A stretch of 64,000 nucleotides of DNA from Chloroflexota bacterium (GCA_002719295.1 PBHC01000005.1:1-64000); one strand, 5' to 3'. Positions 21,200 to 31,484 are shown, counted from the stretch's first letter. The notes: generated by a model not told the origin, from the letters alone. A program made the numbers and translations.

Positions 21200-21304
21200 C
21201 TTGAGCTATAGTTTTTTTTTTCTATCAATTCTAATATATCTATTATTTAGTGAATAATCTAATATAAATTAGTTAAAATAATAATTAAAACTTTAGAGAA
21301 TATT

Positions 21305-21802
21305 TTGAAAGATAAAGATAAATATTTAAATTTTGGAGAATGTTTAAGCCTTGTACCAAAGACTTTTGGTAAACCAGGGAAAAGAACTTTTTCTATTGAA
21401 ATTCAATGTACTGATAATAAATTTAATTTATGGGTAGAAAAAGAGCAATTGGCATTAATTTCTCAAAATATTACAAAATATAAATCTTTTACTCAATCAG
21501 AAAATCTAAATAGTTCTGAAAATGATGAATTCAAAAATTATAAAATGATTGATTTTGCACTTGAATTTATTGAATCTTCAAATAGTTTTGATTTTTATTT
21601 CGTTGGTGTGGATGATGATGATAAAGGAATAGCTGCCACTTTCTCTTATCAAAATAAATTTGCTCAATCTTTTGCAGACAAAAGCCTAAAAATAATCTCT
21701 CAAGGCAGACCTATTTGTTCTCTTTGCTCAAATCCAATTAATCAAGACGGTCATTTTTGCATAAAGTTAAATGGGCATATTGAGAATATAAAAATTGTGT
21801 AA
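21305..21802 (+). CDS. DUF3090-like protein
   Basis: GKPGKRTF, VEKEQL, GRPICSLCSNPI..DGHFC..LNGH; adjacent to an SCO1664-like gene. Confidence 0.75.
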   Translation: MKDKDKYLNFGECLSLVPKTFGKPGKRTFSIEIQCTDNKFNLWVEKEQLALISQNITKYKSFTQSENLNSSENDEFKNYKMIDFALEFIESSNSFDFYFVGVDDDDKGIAATFSYQNKFAQSFADKSLKIISQGRPICSLCSNPINQDGHFCIKLNGHIENIKIV

Positions 21803-22511
21803 TTTAGATATAGAAAAGAAATTGTTTGATTTTTCTGTAAAATCTATAAGAGAAATTAAAAATGGTTCAAATAAAGTTTTTTTATGTGAATTGTTGGGTG
21901 ATAATGATGAAAAAATGTTATCGATTTATAAACCTATTAGAGGGGAAAGACCTCTTAGAGACTTTTTTGTAGGGAATTTATCATCAAGAGAACTTGCAGC
22001 ATATGAAATATCAAAGTTTTTAGGTTGGCCTAACCTCCCTCCTCTTGTAATTAAAGAAGGGCCTTTTGGAGAGGGAAGCTTTCAAAAATTTATAGATCAT
22101 GATCCTAAAAATAACTATTTTAATCTATTTAAGGATTTTCATGAACAACTGAAGTTAGTAATGATTTTTGATTCAATAATTTTGAATACTGACAGGAAAG
22201 CAGGGTCTATTATTTTAGACGACAAAAATAAAATTTGGGCAATTGATCAAGCATTAACATTTAATCCTTTTACTAGGCTAAGAACAGTGATGTTTGAGTA
22301 TAACAAGATGGAAATTCCTGAAAGGATACTTTCAGAGATAAAACTTTTGATTCAAGACCTTGAAAATCAAAAAGAACTTTTTATGAAATTATCAAAGTTG
22401 ATATCTGAAGAAGAAGTTGAGAGTTTAATTGAAAGGTCAAAATTAATACATAGAAAAAAAATAATTCCAGAACTAGATCCTTACGTCAATGTCCCTTATC
22501 CTTTGATTTAG
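21795..22511 (+). CDS. SCO1664-family protein (PI3/PI4-kinase-like fold)
   Basis: GSN, IYKPIRGERPLRDF, RELAAY, GPFGEGS, NTDRKAG, WAIDQALTF. Confidence 0.82.
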   Translation: MCNLDIEKKLFDFSVKSIREIKNGSNKVFLCELLGDNDEKMLSIYKPIRGERPLRDFFVGNLSSRELAAYEISKFLGWPNLPPLVIKEGPFGEGSFQKFIDHDPKNNYFNLFKDFHEQLKLVMIFDSIILNTDRKAGSIILDDKNKIWAIDQALTFNPFTRLRTVMFEYNKMEIPERILSEIKLLIQDLENQKELFMKLSKLISEEEVESLIERSKLIHRKKIIPELDPYVNVPYPLI

Positions 22512-22514
22512 AAT

Positions 22515-23426
22515 TCATCGTAAGAATAAGTACTTTTTGAACCTTCTAATTATATTTTTATTTTGTCTCCCATTTGGTTTAGTGTTTTTTAGTATGAAGG
22601 TTTCTATTTCTTTATTAGAGGCAAAGAATTTTCCTCTCCATTTTTTTAATTTTTCAAGATCATAAAATCCATTTGCAAAATATTTTTTCCATGGGTTAAT
22701 ATCTTCCCAAATATTTTTATTCATATTTCCAAAAAATATGCTTTTTTTAGATTCCTTTATCAATATCCAAGCTGCTGCAAAATCCCAGCAAAAAGCATAT
22801 CCTGATAATGCCAATTGAGCATTTCCGTTGGCTACTAATGCTATTTCTGCGGCTGCAGATCCAAGGTTTCTTAATTCTCCTGATTTTTTGTAAAATTCAT
22901 TTTTTATCACATAAGATAAGTTAAAATATGTTGGTGCAAAGGAAAGAATGCCAGGTACCGGATATCCTTGAAGTTTTTGTGTGTTCTTTTGTGAAAAATT
23001 TGATGTTATACCTTTTCCTTTAAATGCATATATCACTGAATTTTTATCCCATGGTAATCCAACAGCTCCACCTATAATCTCATCTTTATACATAATTGCT
23101 ATAGATACACAAAAAAAAGGAATCTGATTAATAAAATTCTTTGTACCATCTATAGGGTCAATAATCCATAAAAAATTTGATTTTACTTTTTTTTCTTCTT
23201 CTCCTTCCTCACCTAATATTGCGTGATTTGGAAAACTTGATTTAATTTTATTTACGATTAAATTTTGAGAATTTAAGTCTATTTGTGTGACTGGGTTGTC
23301 TCCTACTACATCATTCTTATCCTCAATATTAAATACTTCTTTTGATGATTCTCTAATAAGATTTAATGAGTCTTCTACGCATTCAAGTAGAGTATTTTTT
23401 ATTTGGGTCTCTAATTTTTTATCCAT
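22515..23426 (-). CDS. Inositol monophosphatase family protein
   Basis: VTQID, GEE, WIIDPIDGTKNF, GSAA, WDFAAA. Confidence 0.9.
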   Translation of the reverse strand: MDKKLETQIKNTLLECVEDSLNLIRESSKEVFNIEDKNDVVGDNPVTQIDLNSQNLIVNKIKSSFPNHAILGEEGEEEKKVKSNFLWIIDPIDGTKNFINQIPFFCVSIAIMYKDEIIGGAVGLPWDKNSVIYAFKGKGITSNFSQKNTQKLQGYPVPGILSFAPTYFNLSYVIKNEFYKKSGELRNLGSAAAEIALVANGNAQLALSGYAFCWDFAAAWILIKESKKSIFFGNMNKNIWEDINPWKKYFANGFYDLEKLKKWRGKFFASNKEIETFILKNTKPNGRQNKNIIRRFKKYLFLR

Positions 23427-23495
23427 AATGTATATATTACTAGTATATTCTTTATAATGATAAATGATAAAAGTCTAATTTTTTAAGAGGAAATT

Positions 23496-24074
23496 TTGTT
23501 TAAGTTATTTCAGAAAAATAATTTTCTAGAGGATTTGTGGAAAAATTTTCAAATACTTTTGAGTTTGAATTCCCAAGAAAATAATCATTTAAAAATATCA
23601 AGTAAATCAGGACTTCTGGTATCAACTCATAATAATAATGAATTTACAAAAAATATTAGGATTAATATTAAGGGTATTTTGAATGAAGGAGATTCATCTA
23701 CAGAAACTAATGTTGAAGTAGTTGAAGATAGTTCTGATATGCATTGGTTGATTTTAGAAGATAAAAATATTTATGATTTGATGTCCTCTTGCTACACGAC
23801 TTTGAATGCTCTTCACTCCAAAGGTTCTCTTCCAAATATTTTAGCCTTAGTAATAAAACTTGAATATTTCATTCAAGAAAATGAAAAATCAATAGTTAAT
23901 TTGATTTATAGAACAGATACAAAAAGTTTTTATCCATTTATACCGATTTCCCAAAATCCGAAATCTAGAAATAAAGATTTAGAGAATAAATTAGCTCAAT
24001 TCTTGAGAAAAAATAAATTAAAAATTGAAAGCTCAACAAAAAGTTGGTTGGGAGTTTGGGGCATTCCATTTTGA
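23496..24074 (+). CDS. PspAB-like (PspA-associated) protein
   Basis: C-terminal FYPFIP....RN..LE..L....L.IE.....W.GVWGIP pattern recalled from the PspAB family. Confidence 0.6.
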   Translation: MFKLFQKNNFLEDLWKNFQILLSLNSQENNHLKISSKSGLLVSTHNNNEFTKNIRINIKGILNEGDSSTETNVEVVEDSSDMHWLILEDKNIYDLMSSCYTTLNALHSKGSLPNILALVIKLEYFIQENEKSIVNLIYRTDTKSFYPFIPISQNPKSRNKDLENKLAQFLRKNKLKIESSTKSWLGVWGIPF

Positions 24075-24613
24075 AAATCGCGATAATTGAAGATTCTGGA
24101 AATATTTTTTCTGAAAAAATAAAAAATATTTATAATGAAGATTTAGAATTTGTTTACGAATCAAAAGATGATTTTAAAGGATTAATTATCGTTTCAAGAA
24201 AATTAAACTTTGATCAAAAAAATATAATTCATAAATCTAATATTTTAAATTTACCTATTATTGGTATTCAAGATGGATTTGATGCTTTGAATTTATTTTT
24301 TGGAGGGAATCAAAGTGTTGAAACTAAAGATTCTGCTTCTCAAATTTTCCTTAGTCCAGGAGCCAAACTTTCTCATATCGTAGGAGGATCTGGATGGGTA
24401 AAAGGGGATTTAGAGTTAATAAAAACAATTTATAGTAAAGATTTATCTGAAACTTTTTTTTCATCAATAATTTCAGATAAAGGTGAAATATTAGGATTTG
24501 AAAAACCAGGCGAAAAATGGCAATTTGGATTAAGGTTTGATATTTTATCTCAAGAAATTCCAAGAGGTTTTGAAAATATTCTGAATGTTTTTTTGGATAA
24601 ATGTAGCGAATAA
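24071..24613 (+). CDS. Degenerate class I glutamine amidotransferase (peptidase C26/PuuD-like) homologue lacking catalytic Cys and His
   Basis: LPIIGIQDGFDALNLFFGG aligns with P.LGICRG.Q.LNV.FGG; WQFGLRFDI aligns with GVQ(F/W)HPE; TTG 24071 overlaps the upstream TGA. Confidence 0.55.
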   Translation: MKIAIIEDSGNIFSEKIKNIYNEDLEFVYESKDDFKGLIIVSRKLNFDQKNIIHKSNILNLPIIGIQDGFDALNLFFGGNQSVETKDSASQIFLSPGAKLSHIVGGSGWVKGDLELIKTIYSKDLSETFFSSIISDKGEILGFEKPGEKWQFGLRFDILSQEIPRGFENILNVFLDKCSE

Positions 24614-24630
24614 ATAAAATTAAATCTACT

Positions 24631-24677
24631 AACTATATTCTCGCGCGCTTGCGCGCGCGCGTGGGAAACTATAGTTT
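24631..24677. repeat. GC-rich inverted repeat with alternating (CG)n tract upstream of gyrA
   Basis: AACTATA-TTCTCGCGCGC-TTGCGCGC-GCGCGTGGGAA-AC-TATAGTT; overlapping palindrome AAACTATAGTTT at 24666-24677. Confidence 0.85.
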
Positions 24678-24704
24678 ATATATATACAAATAACTGAGGT
24701 ATAT

Positions 24705-27299
24705 ATGGTTTCTGACAGCTTAGGTGACATCCGAGATGTAAACATACAAGATGAGATGAAAAGTTCATATTTGGACTATGCTATGAGTGTAATAGTTTCA
24801 AGAGCCCTTCCGGACGTAAGAGATGGCTTGAAGCCAGTTCAAAGAAGAGTTCTTTATGCAATGCATGATCAGGGTATGAGGCCTGGTTCTTCATATAAAA
24901 AAAGCGCACGATTGGTTGGAGAAGTATTAGGTAAATATCATCCACATGGAGACAGTTCTGTTTATGCTGCTCAGGTAAGAATGGCTCAGCCTTTTTCAAT
25001 GAGGTATACATTGGTTGATGGGCAAGGAAACTACGGTAGTGTTGATGGTGATCCTGCTGCTGCTATGAGATATACCGAATGCAAACTTTCTCCTATAACA
25101 GAATCTTTATTGGGGGATATTGAAAAAGACACAGTTGATTGGGTGGATAATTTTGATCAATCATTAAAAGAGCCCTCAGTTTTGCCTGCTATTATGCCAA
25201 ATTTGTTGGTTAATGGAGCTTCAGGTATTGCTGTTGGTATGGCAACTAATATCGCTCCTCATAATTTAAGTGAAATATGTGATGGGATTGCAATGGTCAT
25301 AGATGACCCTCAGGCAAACGTAGATGATCTTATGAAAGTTGTAAAAGGTCCAGATTTTCCAACTGGAGCTGAAATTTGGGGTTTATCAGGAATTAGAGAT
25401 GCATTTGCAACTGGAAGAGGAAGAATTATGGTTCAGGCAAAGCACATGATAGAAGATGTAAAAAAACAAGATAGGCAAAGGCTTGTTTTTACTGAAATTC
25501 CATATCAAGTAAATAAAGCGTCTTTGATAATGAAGATAGCAGAAATGATAAAGACCAAAAAATTAGAAGGTGTATCAGAAGTAAGGGATGAATCAGATAG
25601 AAAAGGAATGAGGGTAGTCCTAGAGTTGAGAAGGGGAGCTTCTTCTAGCTTGATTTTGAATAATCTATATAAACAAACCCAGCTCAGATCTTCTTTTTCA
25701 GTAAATATGATAGCTCTTGTAGATGGAACTCCTCAAATTTTAAATCTAAAGCAAACTATTAACCATTATGTTGCTTTTAGAGAAGAGGTTATTAGAAGAA
25801 GAGCTGAATATGATCTTAGAAGAGCTAAGGCTAGGTTGCATGTTCTAGAAGGTTTGAGAATTGCTATTCAGAATCTTGATAGGGTAATTGAATTGATAAG
25901 AGCATCAGAAGATGTTGAAGCTGCAAGAAACTCATTGATGACAGAATTTGATTTAACAGAAATACAATCTCAGGCAATTTTAGATATGCAGCTAAGAAGG
26001 CTTGCTGCACTAGAAATAGAAAAAATTGAAAACGAATATAAAGAATTAACAGAAACAGTTGCAGATTTAGAAGATTTGCTGTCAAACCAATCTAGGATAT
26101 TAAGTGTTATAAAAACAGAAACCCTTCAATTGAAAAGAAAATATGGAGAAGACAGAAGAACTCTTATCAATGAAACAGATTTAAGAGAGTGGAAAAGAGA
26201 AGATATGGAGCCTCACCAAGAAGTAGTTATTACTTTGTCTAAAGGGGGTTATGTAAAAAGGATTCTGTCAAGCACTTACAGGGCGCAACATAGAGGTGGA
26301 AAAGGTGTTAAAGGTCAAAGAATGACAAAAGATGGTGATATAGTTCCGTATATACAAGTTGCTGATACTCATGATACCTTATTGTTTTTTACTGATAAAG
26401 GTAGAGTTTTTTCTCTAAGAGTTTTTGAATTGTCTGCAGATCAATCAAGAACATCAAGAGGTACTCCAATAGCAAATATAATTAATCTTGGCCCTAGTGA
26501 AAAAGTTACTGCTATGATGACTGTTTCAAGTTTACTAGAGAATACTTATCTTATTATGGTAACTAAAACTGGAAAAGTTAAGAGGATGCATTTGCCTCTA
26601 CTTAGAAATATGAATAAAGCGGGCTTAAATACATTTAAGTTAGGAAAAGATGAATTAGTTTCTGTGACATTAGCAGATGAGAATGAGGATGTAGTCATAG
26701 TAACGAGAGAAGGCCTTTCAATAAGATTCCCTTCTTCTCAAATTAGGCCTACTCAAAGAGGAGCAGGTGGAATTAGAGGGATTAGGATGAAGACTTCACA
26801 AGATGTAGTTGTTTATAGTGATGTAGTAAATGATGATGGATACTTATTGATTGTTGGTAGAAGAGGTAAAGGCAAGTTAAGTGCATTTAGGCATTATAGA
26901 TCACAAAATAGGGGAGGATCAGGACTATTAACTTTGAAAGTGACTTCCAATACAGGTAAAGTTGCAGCAGCAGCTATTGTAAGCGAGGAATTAGTAGAAG
27001 ATTCTGAAGGTAAGCTATTTTTGCTAACTGATAAAGCTCAAGTTTTGAGAACTAGATTAGGAGAAATCAGAAGAACAGGTAGAGTAGCTCAGGGAGTAAA
27101 GATAGTTGATCCGGGGCCTGGTGATGCAATTAGTGGAATTCGAGTTTTAGAAGACAGGAGAAAAGCAAGAGAAGAAGTTGACTTGGAAGAACTGGCTAAA
27201 AATACAGAAAACACTGAAGAATTAGAAAACACTGAAGAAACAGAAAACACCGAGGAAACAGAAAACACTGAAGAAACAGAAAACACTGAAGAAAAATAA
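24705..27299 (+). CDS. gyrA: DNA gyrase subunit A
   Basis: [29 protein letters not shown] (catalytic Tyr), GyrA-box QHRGGKG, beta-pinwheel repeats, acidic tail. Confidence 0.96.
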   Translation: MVSDSLGDIRDVNIQDEMKSSYLDYAMSVIVSRALPDVRDGLKPVQRRVLYAMHDQGMRPGSSYKKSARLVGEVLGKYHPHGDSSVYAAQVRMAQPFSMRYTLVDGQGNYGSVDGDPAAAMRYTECKLSPITESLLGDIEKDTVDWVDNFDQSLKEPSVLPAIMPNLLVNGASGIAVGMATNIAPHNLSEICDGIAMVIDDPQANVDDLMKVVKGPDFPTGAEIWGLSGIRDAFATGRGRIMVQAKHMIEDVKKQDRQRLVFTEIPYQVNKASLIMKIAEMIKTKKLEGVSEVRDESDRKGMRVVLELRRGASSSLILNNLYKQTQLRSSFSVNMIALVDGTPQILNLKQTINHYVAFREEVIRRRAEYDLRRAKARLHVLEGLRIAIQNLDRVIELIRASEDVEAARNSLMTEFDLTEIQSQAILDMQLRRLAALEIEKIENEYKELTETVADLEDLLSNQSRILSVIKTETLQLKRKYGEDRRTLINETDLREWKREDMEPHQEVVITLSKGGYVKRILSSTYRAQHRGGKGVKGQRMTKDGDIVPYIQVADTHDTLLFFTDKGRVFSLRVFELSADQSRTSRGTPIANIINLGPSEKVTAMMTVSSLLENTYLIMVTKTGKVKRMHLPLLRNMNKAGLNTFKLGKDELVSVTLADENEDVVIVTREGLSIRFPSSQIRPTQRGAGGIRGIRMKTSQDVVVYSDVVNDDGYLLIVGRRGKGKLSAFRHYRSQNRGGSGLLTLKVTSNTGKVAAAAIVSEELVEDSEGKLFLLTDKAQVLRTRLGEIRRTGRVAQGVKIVDPGPGDAISGIRVLEDRRKAREEVDLEELAKNTENTEELENTEETENTEETENTEETENTEEK
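27207..27296 (+). repeat. Five 18-bp tandem copies encoding (ENTEET)n in the GyrA tail
   Basis: GAAAACACTGAAGAAACA unit with minor variants. Confidence 0.92.
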
Positions 27300-27761
27300 A
27301 TGATTGATGAGATGGATTTTAGAAAATCTTGGAGTTTTTTCCCAACAGGGGTTTCTGTTTTAGCTGTAAAAAATCAAAATGATATTATTCATGGAATGAC
27401 AGCTAGTTCAGTGATGAGTATTTCTTTAGATCCTCCAATAATAATGGTTTCAGTTGGAATTGAGAGATCTATACTTAAAAACCTTGAAACTAGTGAGTTT
27501 ATTTCAGTATCTTTACTTTCTAAGGATCAATCAGATATTGCAAATTATTTTTCAAAGGCACATAGTTCTGATAACGATTTTTTTTACCATAAAAAAGATG
27601 TTTTTTACATAAAAGATAGTCTTTGTTACTTTATGTGTAAAAAAAATAATTCTATAAAAATAGGTGATCATTTTGTATATTTTCTTGAGGTTAAGAAATT
27701 AGAATTTAAAGATAAGCCTCCTTTGGTATGGTACAAAGGTAAATTTGAAAATAGCTTATGA
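27300..27761 (+). CDS. Flavin reductase family protein
   Basis: FPTGVSV, HGMTASS..SISLDPP, GDH, PLVWYKGKF. Confidence 0.9.
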   Translation: MIDEMDFRKSWSFFPTGVSVLAVKNQNDIIHGMTASSVMSISLDPPIIMVSVGIERSILKNLETSEFISVSLLSKDQSDIANYFSKAHSSDNDFFYHKKDVFYIKDSLCYFMCKKNNSIKIGDHFVYFLEVKKLEFKDKPPLVWYKGKFENSL

Positions 27762-29101
27762 AAATTGCATGTCTATCTCTTGCTCCACTTTACGGAGAAT
27801 TTGTACTTGGTGGTTCTCAAAAAGTATTAAATGACATTATTTTAGGGTTAAGAAAAAACAATACAAATGTAAGAGTTTTTTCTCCAATTGATTCAAATAT
27901 TTCTGAGAATATATTTATAGGAGATGTCAAGATAGAGAAAATATTGAATCTTTCAGGTAATTTTCCTTCTCCTTTTGAGGTCCCATTGTTCGAACTACAA
28001 GAATTAAGTAGAACATTATCAAGGATTTCTGAATGGGCAGATAGAATATATCTTCATGGTGATGGATGGTTTTTGCGAGATTATTTTTTAGGGAATAAAA
28101 TTATAAGTGGAATTCATGATTTAGTTTATCAAGAGTCCTTATCTTCAGTATTTTCTTTTATTTCTAATAAAATCATTGTTCCTTCAAAATATTTATTGAA
28201 TACAATTCACTCTTCTATAGATAGGAAAAAATTTGAATCTAATAATTATTCAATTATTCCAAATTCAATTTCTACATTTAATAATAGTAATTTTAAGAAA
28301 CCATTGGATGAAAATTTAATTCTTTTATTTCCTCACAGACCAGATCCTAGAAAAGGTTTCAATATAGCTATCCAGATTGCAAATGAGTTTGCAAAAACAA
28401 AAAATTGGAAAAAAGTTATTTTAAAGTCATCTAGATTTAATGAATCTTTAAATAAGGACAAAAAAAATTCAGATTTTAAAAATGAAGATTCTTATAAAGA
28501 ATTTATTTCTAATAATGGTCAATTGATTCTTAATGATTGGATCCCATTTGAAAAAATGGGAGAATTTTACTCTTCTGGAGACTTAACTTTATGCCCTGGT
28601 GACTTTATTGAATCTTTTGGTTTGGTGCCTCTTGAATCAGTTGTTAATGGTACTCCTGCTATTTGTAGTTCTGTTGGTGCCTTTAGAGATCTAAGAAATA
28701 TTCCTGGTATTGAAATAGTTCCTCATGGAGATATAAGAACATTTGTTAAAAAAGGAATTGAAATAATAAATAATAAAGATCATGTTTCTGAGGGGCAAAC
28801 TTATATATTAAATGAATTCTCACAAGAAAAAATGATTGATTCTTATATAGAAAATTTTTCTCAACCAGATTCTAAAGAAAACCATGACTTTAAATACGTG
28901 CAATCTGAGTTAAAGAATTTATATCTTGCCCCTTGGTGTTCATTAGAAAACAATATGATTTATCATGATTATTTAGGATGGATGTCCGAAACCAAGGACA
29001 AAATAAAATTGAAAAATTCAGAAAAAATACATGTTGATAGTAATATTATTGACTATTCAATAAATAAAAGAATTTTAATCCCTACTTATATTGATGAATA
29101 A
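27758..29101 (+). CDS. GT4 glycosyltransferase
   Basis: GGSQ, PHRPDPRKG, ESFGLVPLES. Confidence 0.8.
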   Translation: MKIACLSLAPLYGEFVLGGSQKVLNDIILGLRKNNTNVRVFSPIDSNISENIFIGDVKIEKILNLSGNFPSPFEVPLFELQELSRTLSRISEWADRIYLHGDGWFLRDYFLGNKIISGIHDLVYQESLSSVFSFISNKIIVPSKYLLNTIHSSIDRKKFESNNYSIIPNSISTFNNSNFKKPLDENLILLFPHRPDPRKGFNIAIQIANEFAKTKNWKKVILKSSRFNESLNKDKKNSDFKNEDSYKEFISNNGQLILNDWIPFEKMGEFYSSGDLTLCPGDFIESFGLVPLESVVNGTPAICSSVGAFRDLRNIPGIEIVPHGDIRTFVKKGIEIINNKDHVSEGQTYILNEFSQEKMIDSYIENFSQPDSKENHDFKYVQSELKNLYLAPWCSLENNMIYHDYLGWMSETKDKIKLKNSEKIHVDSNIIDYSINKRILIPTYIDE

Positions 29102-29167
29102 AGCAAAGAAAATTTTACTTTTTTTGTGTACAATTAAGTTTTGTACTTCCTTTGATAAGGTGAAATT

Positions 29168-29512
29168 ATGGACTATGCAATTATAAAAACTGGTGGAAAA
29201 CAATATAGAGTTAGAGAAGGAGATTCTCTAACAGTAGAAAAGCTTGAAGGAAATTCCGGTGATAGCGTGCTTTTTGAGGATGTTTTAATGACTTCCTTAA
29301 AAGGAAAAATAAATATAGGAGAGCCTATAGTTAAAGGGGCTGTCGTAAAAGCAAAAATAGAAGAACAATCAAAAGCAAAAAAAGTTATTTCACTTAGATA
29401 TAAAAACAAAACAAGGCATAGAGTTAAAACTGGACACAGACAACAAATTACAAATGTAGTTATAGAAAGTATTTCAATCAAGAAGGCAAGGAGTAAATCT
29501 AGTGGCACATAA
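29168..29512 (+). CDS. rplU: 50S ribosomal protein L21
   Basis: [17 protein letters not shown]. Confidence 0.97.
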   Translation: MDYAIIKTGGKQYRVREGDSLTVEKLEGNSGDSVLFEDVLMTSLKGKINIGEPIVKGAVVKAKIEEQSKAKKVISLRYKNKTRHRVKTGHRQQITNVVIESISIKKARSKSSGT

Positions 29513-29771
29513 AAAAGGTGGAGGAACTAGTAGAAACGGCAGAGATAGTGCCGGAAAAAGATTAGGTGTAAAAACCTTTGGTGGTAAATTTGTTACAGCT
29601 GGATCAATTATAGTAAGACAGCGAGGAACTAAGTTTTTACCTGGAGAGAACGTAGGACTTGGAAGGGATCATACTTTATTTTCAAAAATTGATGGGATTG
29701 TTTCTTTTGATTGGGCATCCAAAGGTAAAAGACGATTAAATGTTTATACCGATGAAAAGGTGAAAAATTGA
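29502..29771 (+). CDS. rpmA: 50S ribosomal protein L27
   Basis: [23 protein letters not shown] start after AGGAG. Confidence 0.98.
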   Translation: MAHKKGGGTSRNGRDSAGKRLGVKTFGGKFVTAGSIIVRQRGTKFLPGENVGLGRDHTLFSKIDGIVSFDWASKGKRRLNVYTDEKVKN

Positions 29772-29971
29772 AGAAAGATACTCATCCAAACATATATGAA
29801 ACAGAAGTTATTTGTGCATGTGGATCTGTTGCGTGGAAAACTCTGTCTACCAGAGAAAAAATTTCTGTAGAAATATGCAGTAGTTGTCATCCTGCTTGGA
29901 CTGGTGAACAAAGAATAGTTGACACCGAAGGTAGAGTTGATCGAATGAAGAGAAGATATAATCTTCAATAA
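29768..29971 (+). CDS. rpmE: 50S ribosomal protein L31, Zn-binding type
   Basis: HP.Y, CACG, CSSCHP.WTG, DTEGRV. Confidence 0.95.
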   Translation: MKKDTHPNIYETEVICACGSVAWKTLSTREKISVEICSSCHPAWTGEQRIVDTEGRVDRMKRRYNLQ

Positions 29972-29982
29972 TCTCATAAGCA

Positions 29983-30870
29983 ATGAAAAAGCATTTTTAT
30001 GGTGGACAAGCTGTTATTGAAGGGGTAATGATACGGGGAATTAAAAACTGTGTTGTTGCGGTCCGAAATAAGAATCAAGATATAATTATAAATCAAATTA
30101 AATTACCTTCATTTACAAATTCATCTTTTAAAAAAATCCCATTTGTAAGAGGGCTACTTATTCTAGTAGAAATGATGGTTATTGGATTCAGAGCTCTTTC
30201 TAAATCTTCTGAAATAGTTGAACAAAATGAAGATAATGATCTTTCTAATTTAGAGAAGTTTTTTTCATATCTTTTTAGTACTTTTTTTCTATTATTTGTA
30301 CTTTCTATTTTTTTATTATTACCTTTATTTTTATCGGATAGAATCGTCTTTGTTGAAGATAATTTTGTAATTAATAATATTATTGAAGGTTTAGTTAGAT
30401 TAGTATTTTTTATTGGATATGTTTACCTTATTGGTTTAAATAAAGATATTAAAAGAGTTTTTGCATATCATGGGGCAGAGCACAAAACAATTGCAGCTTA
30501 CGAAGATAATCAAGAATTAAATTCCAATAGTATAGTTAAAATTCAAAAATATAACAAAGAACATCCTCGGTGTGGAACAAGTTTTATTATGACGGTAATT
30601 TTAGTTTCAATAATACTTCATGTTTTTATACCGCGAGAACCTATTTTTCTTTTATATTCTTCTAGATTATTTTTGTTCCCAATTATAGCTGGTATATCAT
30701 ATGAATTGATAAGATTTTCAAGCGTTACATCGGAAAATTATCTTTCTAGATTACTTTCTTATCCGAATATACTAATGCAAAAATTGACTACAGCAGAGCC
30801 AGATGAGGATATGGTTGAGGTTGCAATCGCTGCAATAAATGAGTCAATAAGGCTAGATGATTCTGATTAA
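29983..30870 (+). CDS. DUF1385 membrane protein
   Basis: GGQAVIEGVM, YHGAEHK, HPRCGTSF, LTTAEP. Confidence 0.9.
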   Translation: MKKHFYGGQAVIEGVMIRGIKNCVVAVRNKNQDIIINQIKLPSFTNSSFKKIPFVRGLLILVEMMVIGFRALSKSSEIVEQNEDNDLSNLEKFFSYLFSTFFLLFVLSIFLLLPLFLSDRIVFVEDNFVINNIIEGLVRLVFFIGYVYLIGLNKDIKRVFAYHGAEHKTIAAYEDNQELNSNSIVKIQKYNKEHPRCGTSFIMTVILVSIILHVFIPREPIFLLYSSRLFLFPIIAGISYELIRFSSVTSENYLSRLLSYPNILMQKLTTAEPDEDMVEVAIAAINESIRLDDSD

Positions 30871-30872
30871 AA

Positions 30873-31484
30873 TTATTTTTTGTGTCGATTAGATAATTCA
30901 TCTACAACTTCATCAAAAGATATTTCTTCATTAGCTAACAGTACTAAAAGATGATACATTAAGTCTGCAGACTCATAAACTAAATCACTTCTTTTTTCGG
31001 CTAGAGAAGCTATTATAACTTCTGAAGCTTCCTCTCCTAGTTTTTTACTGATTTTCTTTATTCCTTCATCGAAAAGTTCTGTAGTGTATGAATTTTTAGG
31101 TTTTTCAATTTTTCTTGTTTGAATTAATTTTTCCAAGTATTCTATGCTGAAATCATTATTTTCAGAATCTTCTATAGATTTATCAAAACAAGACTCTTTT
31201 AAGGTGTGACAAGTTGGACCTGCAGGTTTAGCAAAAATAAGAATTGAATCGTTGTCACAATCTAGTTTTATTTGATCTACCTCTAAGTAATTTTTACTAG
31301 ATTCGCCTTTCTCCCAAAGCTTTTTTCTTGTTCGGGAATAAAACCATACTTTTTTTGTTTCTAGAGTTTTATCATATGATTCTTGGTTCATCCACCCCAA
31401 CATTAATACCTTTTTTGATGAAGAATTTTGGATGATTGCAGGAAGTAAATTATTTTTTTTAAAATCAGGATTCATATCATTCAT
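30873..31484 (-). CDS. hisIE: Bifunctional phosphoribosyl-AMP cyclohydrolase / phosphoribosyl-ATP pyrophosphatase
   Basis: WEKGESS, DCDND, GPTCH...SCF, KLGEEASE, ADLMYH. Confidence 0.95.
   Translation of the reverse strand: MNDMNPDFKKNNLLPAIIQNSSSKKVLMLGWMNQESYDKTLETKKVWFYSRTRKKLWEKGESSKNYLEVDQIKLDCDNDSILIFAKPAGPTCHTLKESCFDKSIEDSENNDFSIEYLEKLIQTRKIEKPKNSYTTELFDEGIKKISKKLGEEASEVIIASLAEKRSDLVYESADLMYHLLVLLANEEISFDEVVDELSNRHKK

Noticed and set aside
27207..27296. Tandem repeats here and at 2-85 and 47722-47769 as possible CRISPR arrays
   Set aside because: No unique spacers, units are in-frame multiples of 3 within CDS tails, and no cas genes are present.
24705..27299. Possible parC because gyrB is not adjacent
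   Set aside because: The GyrA-box (QHRGGKG) and acidic tail favour gyrA.
29502..29512. Missing prp (ysxB) between rplU and rpmA
   Set aside because: L27 starts directly with AHKK and has no cleavable extension, so the absence is ordinary.
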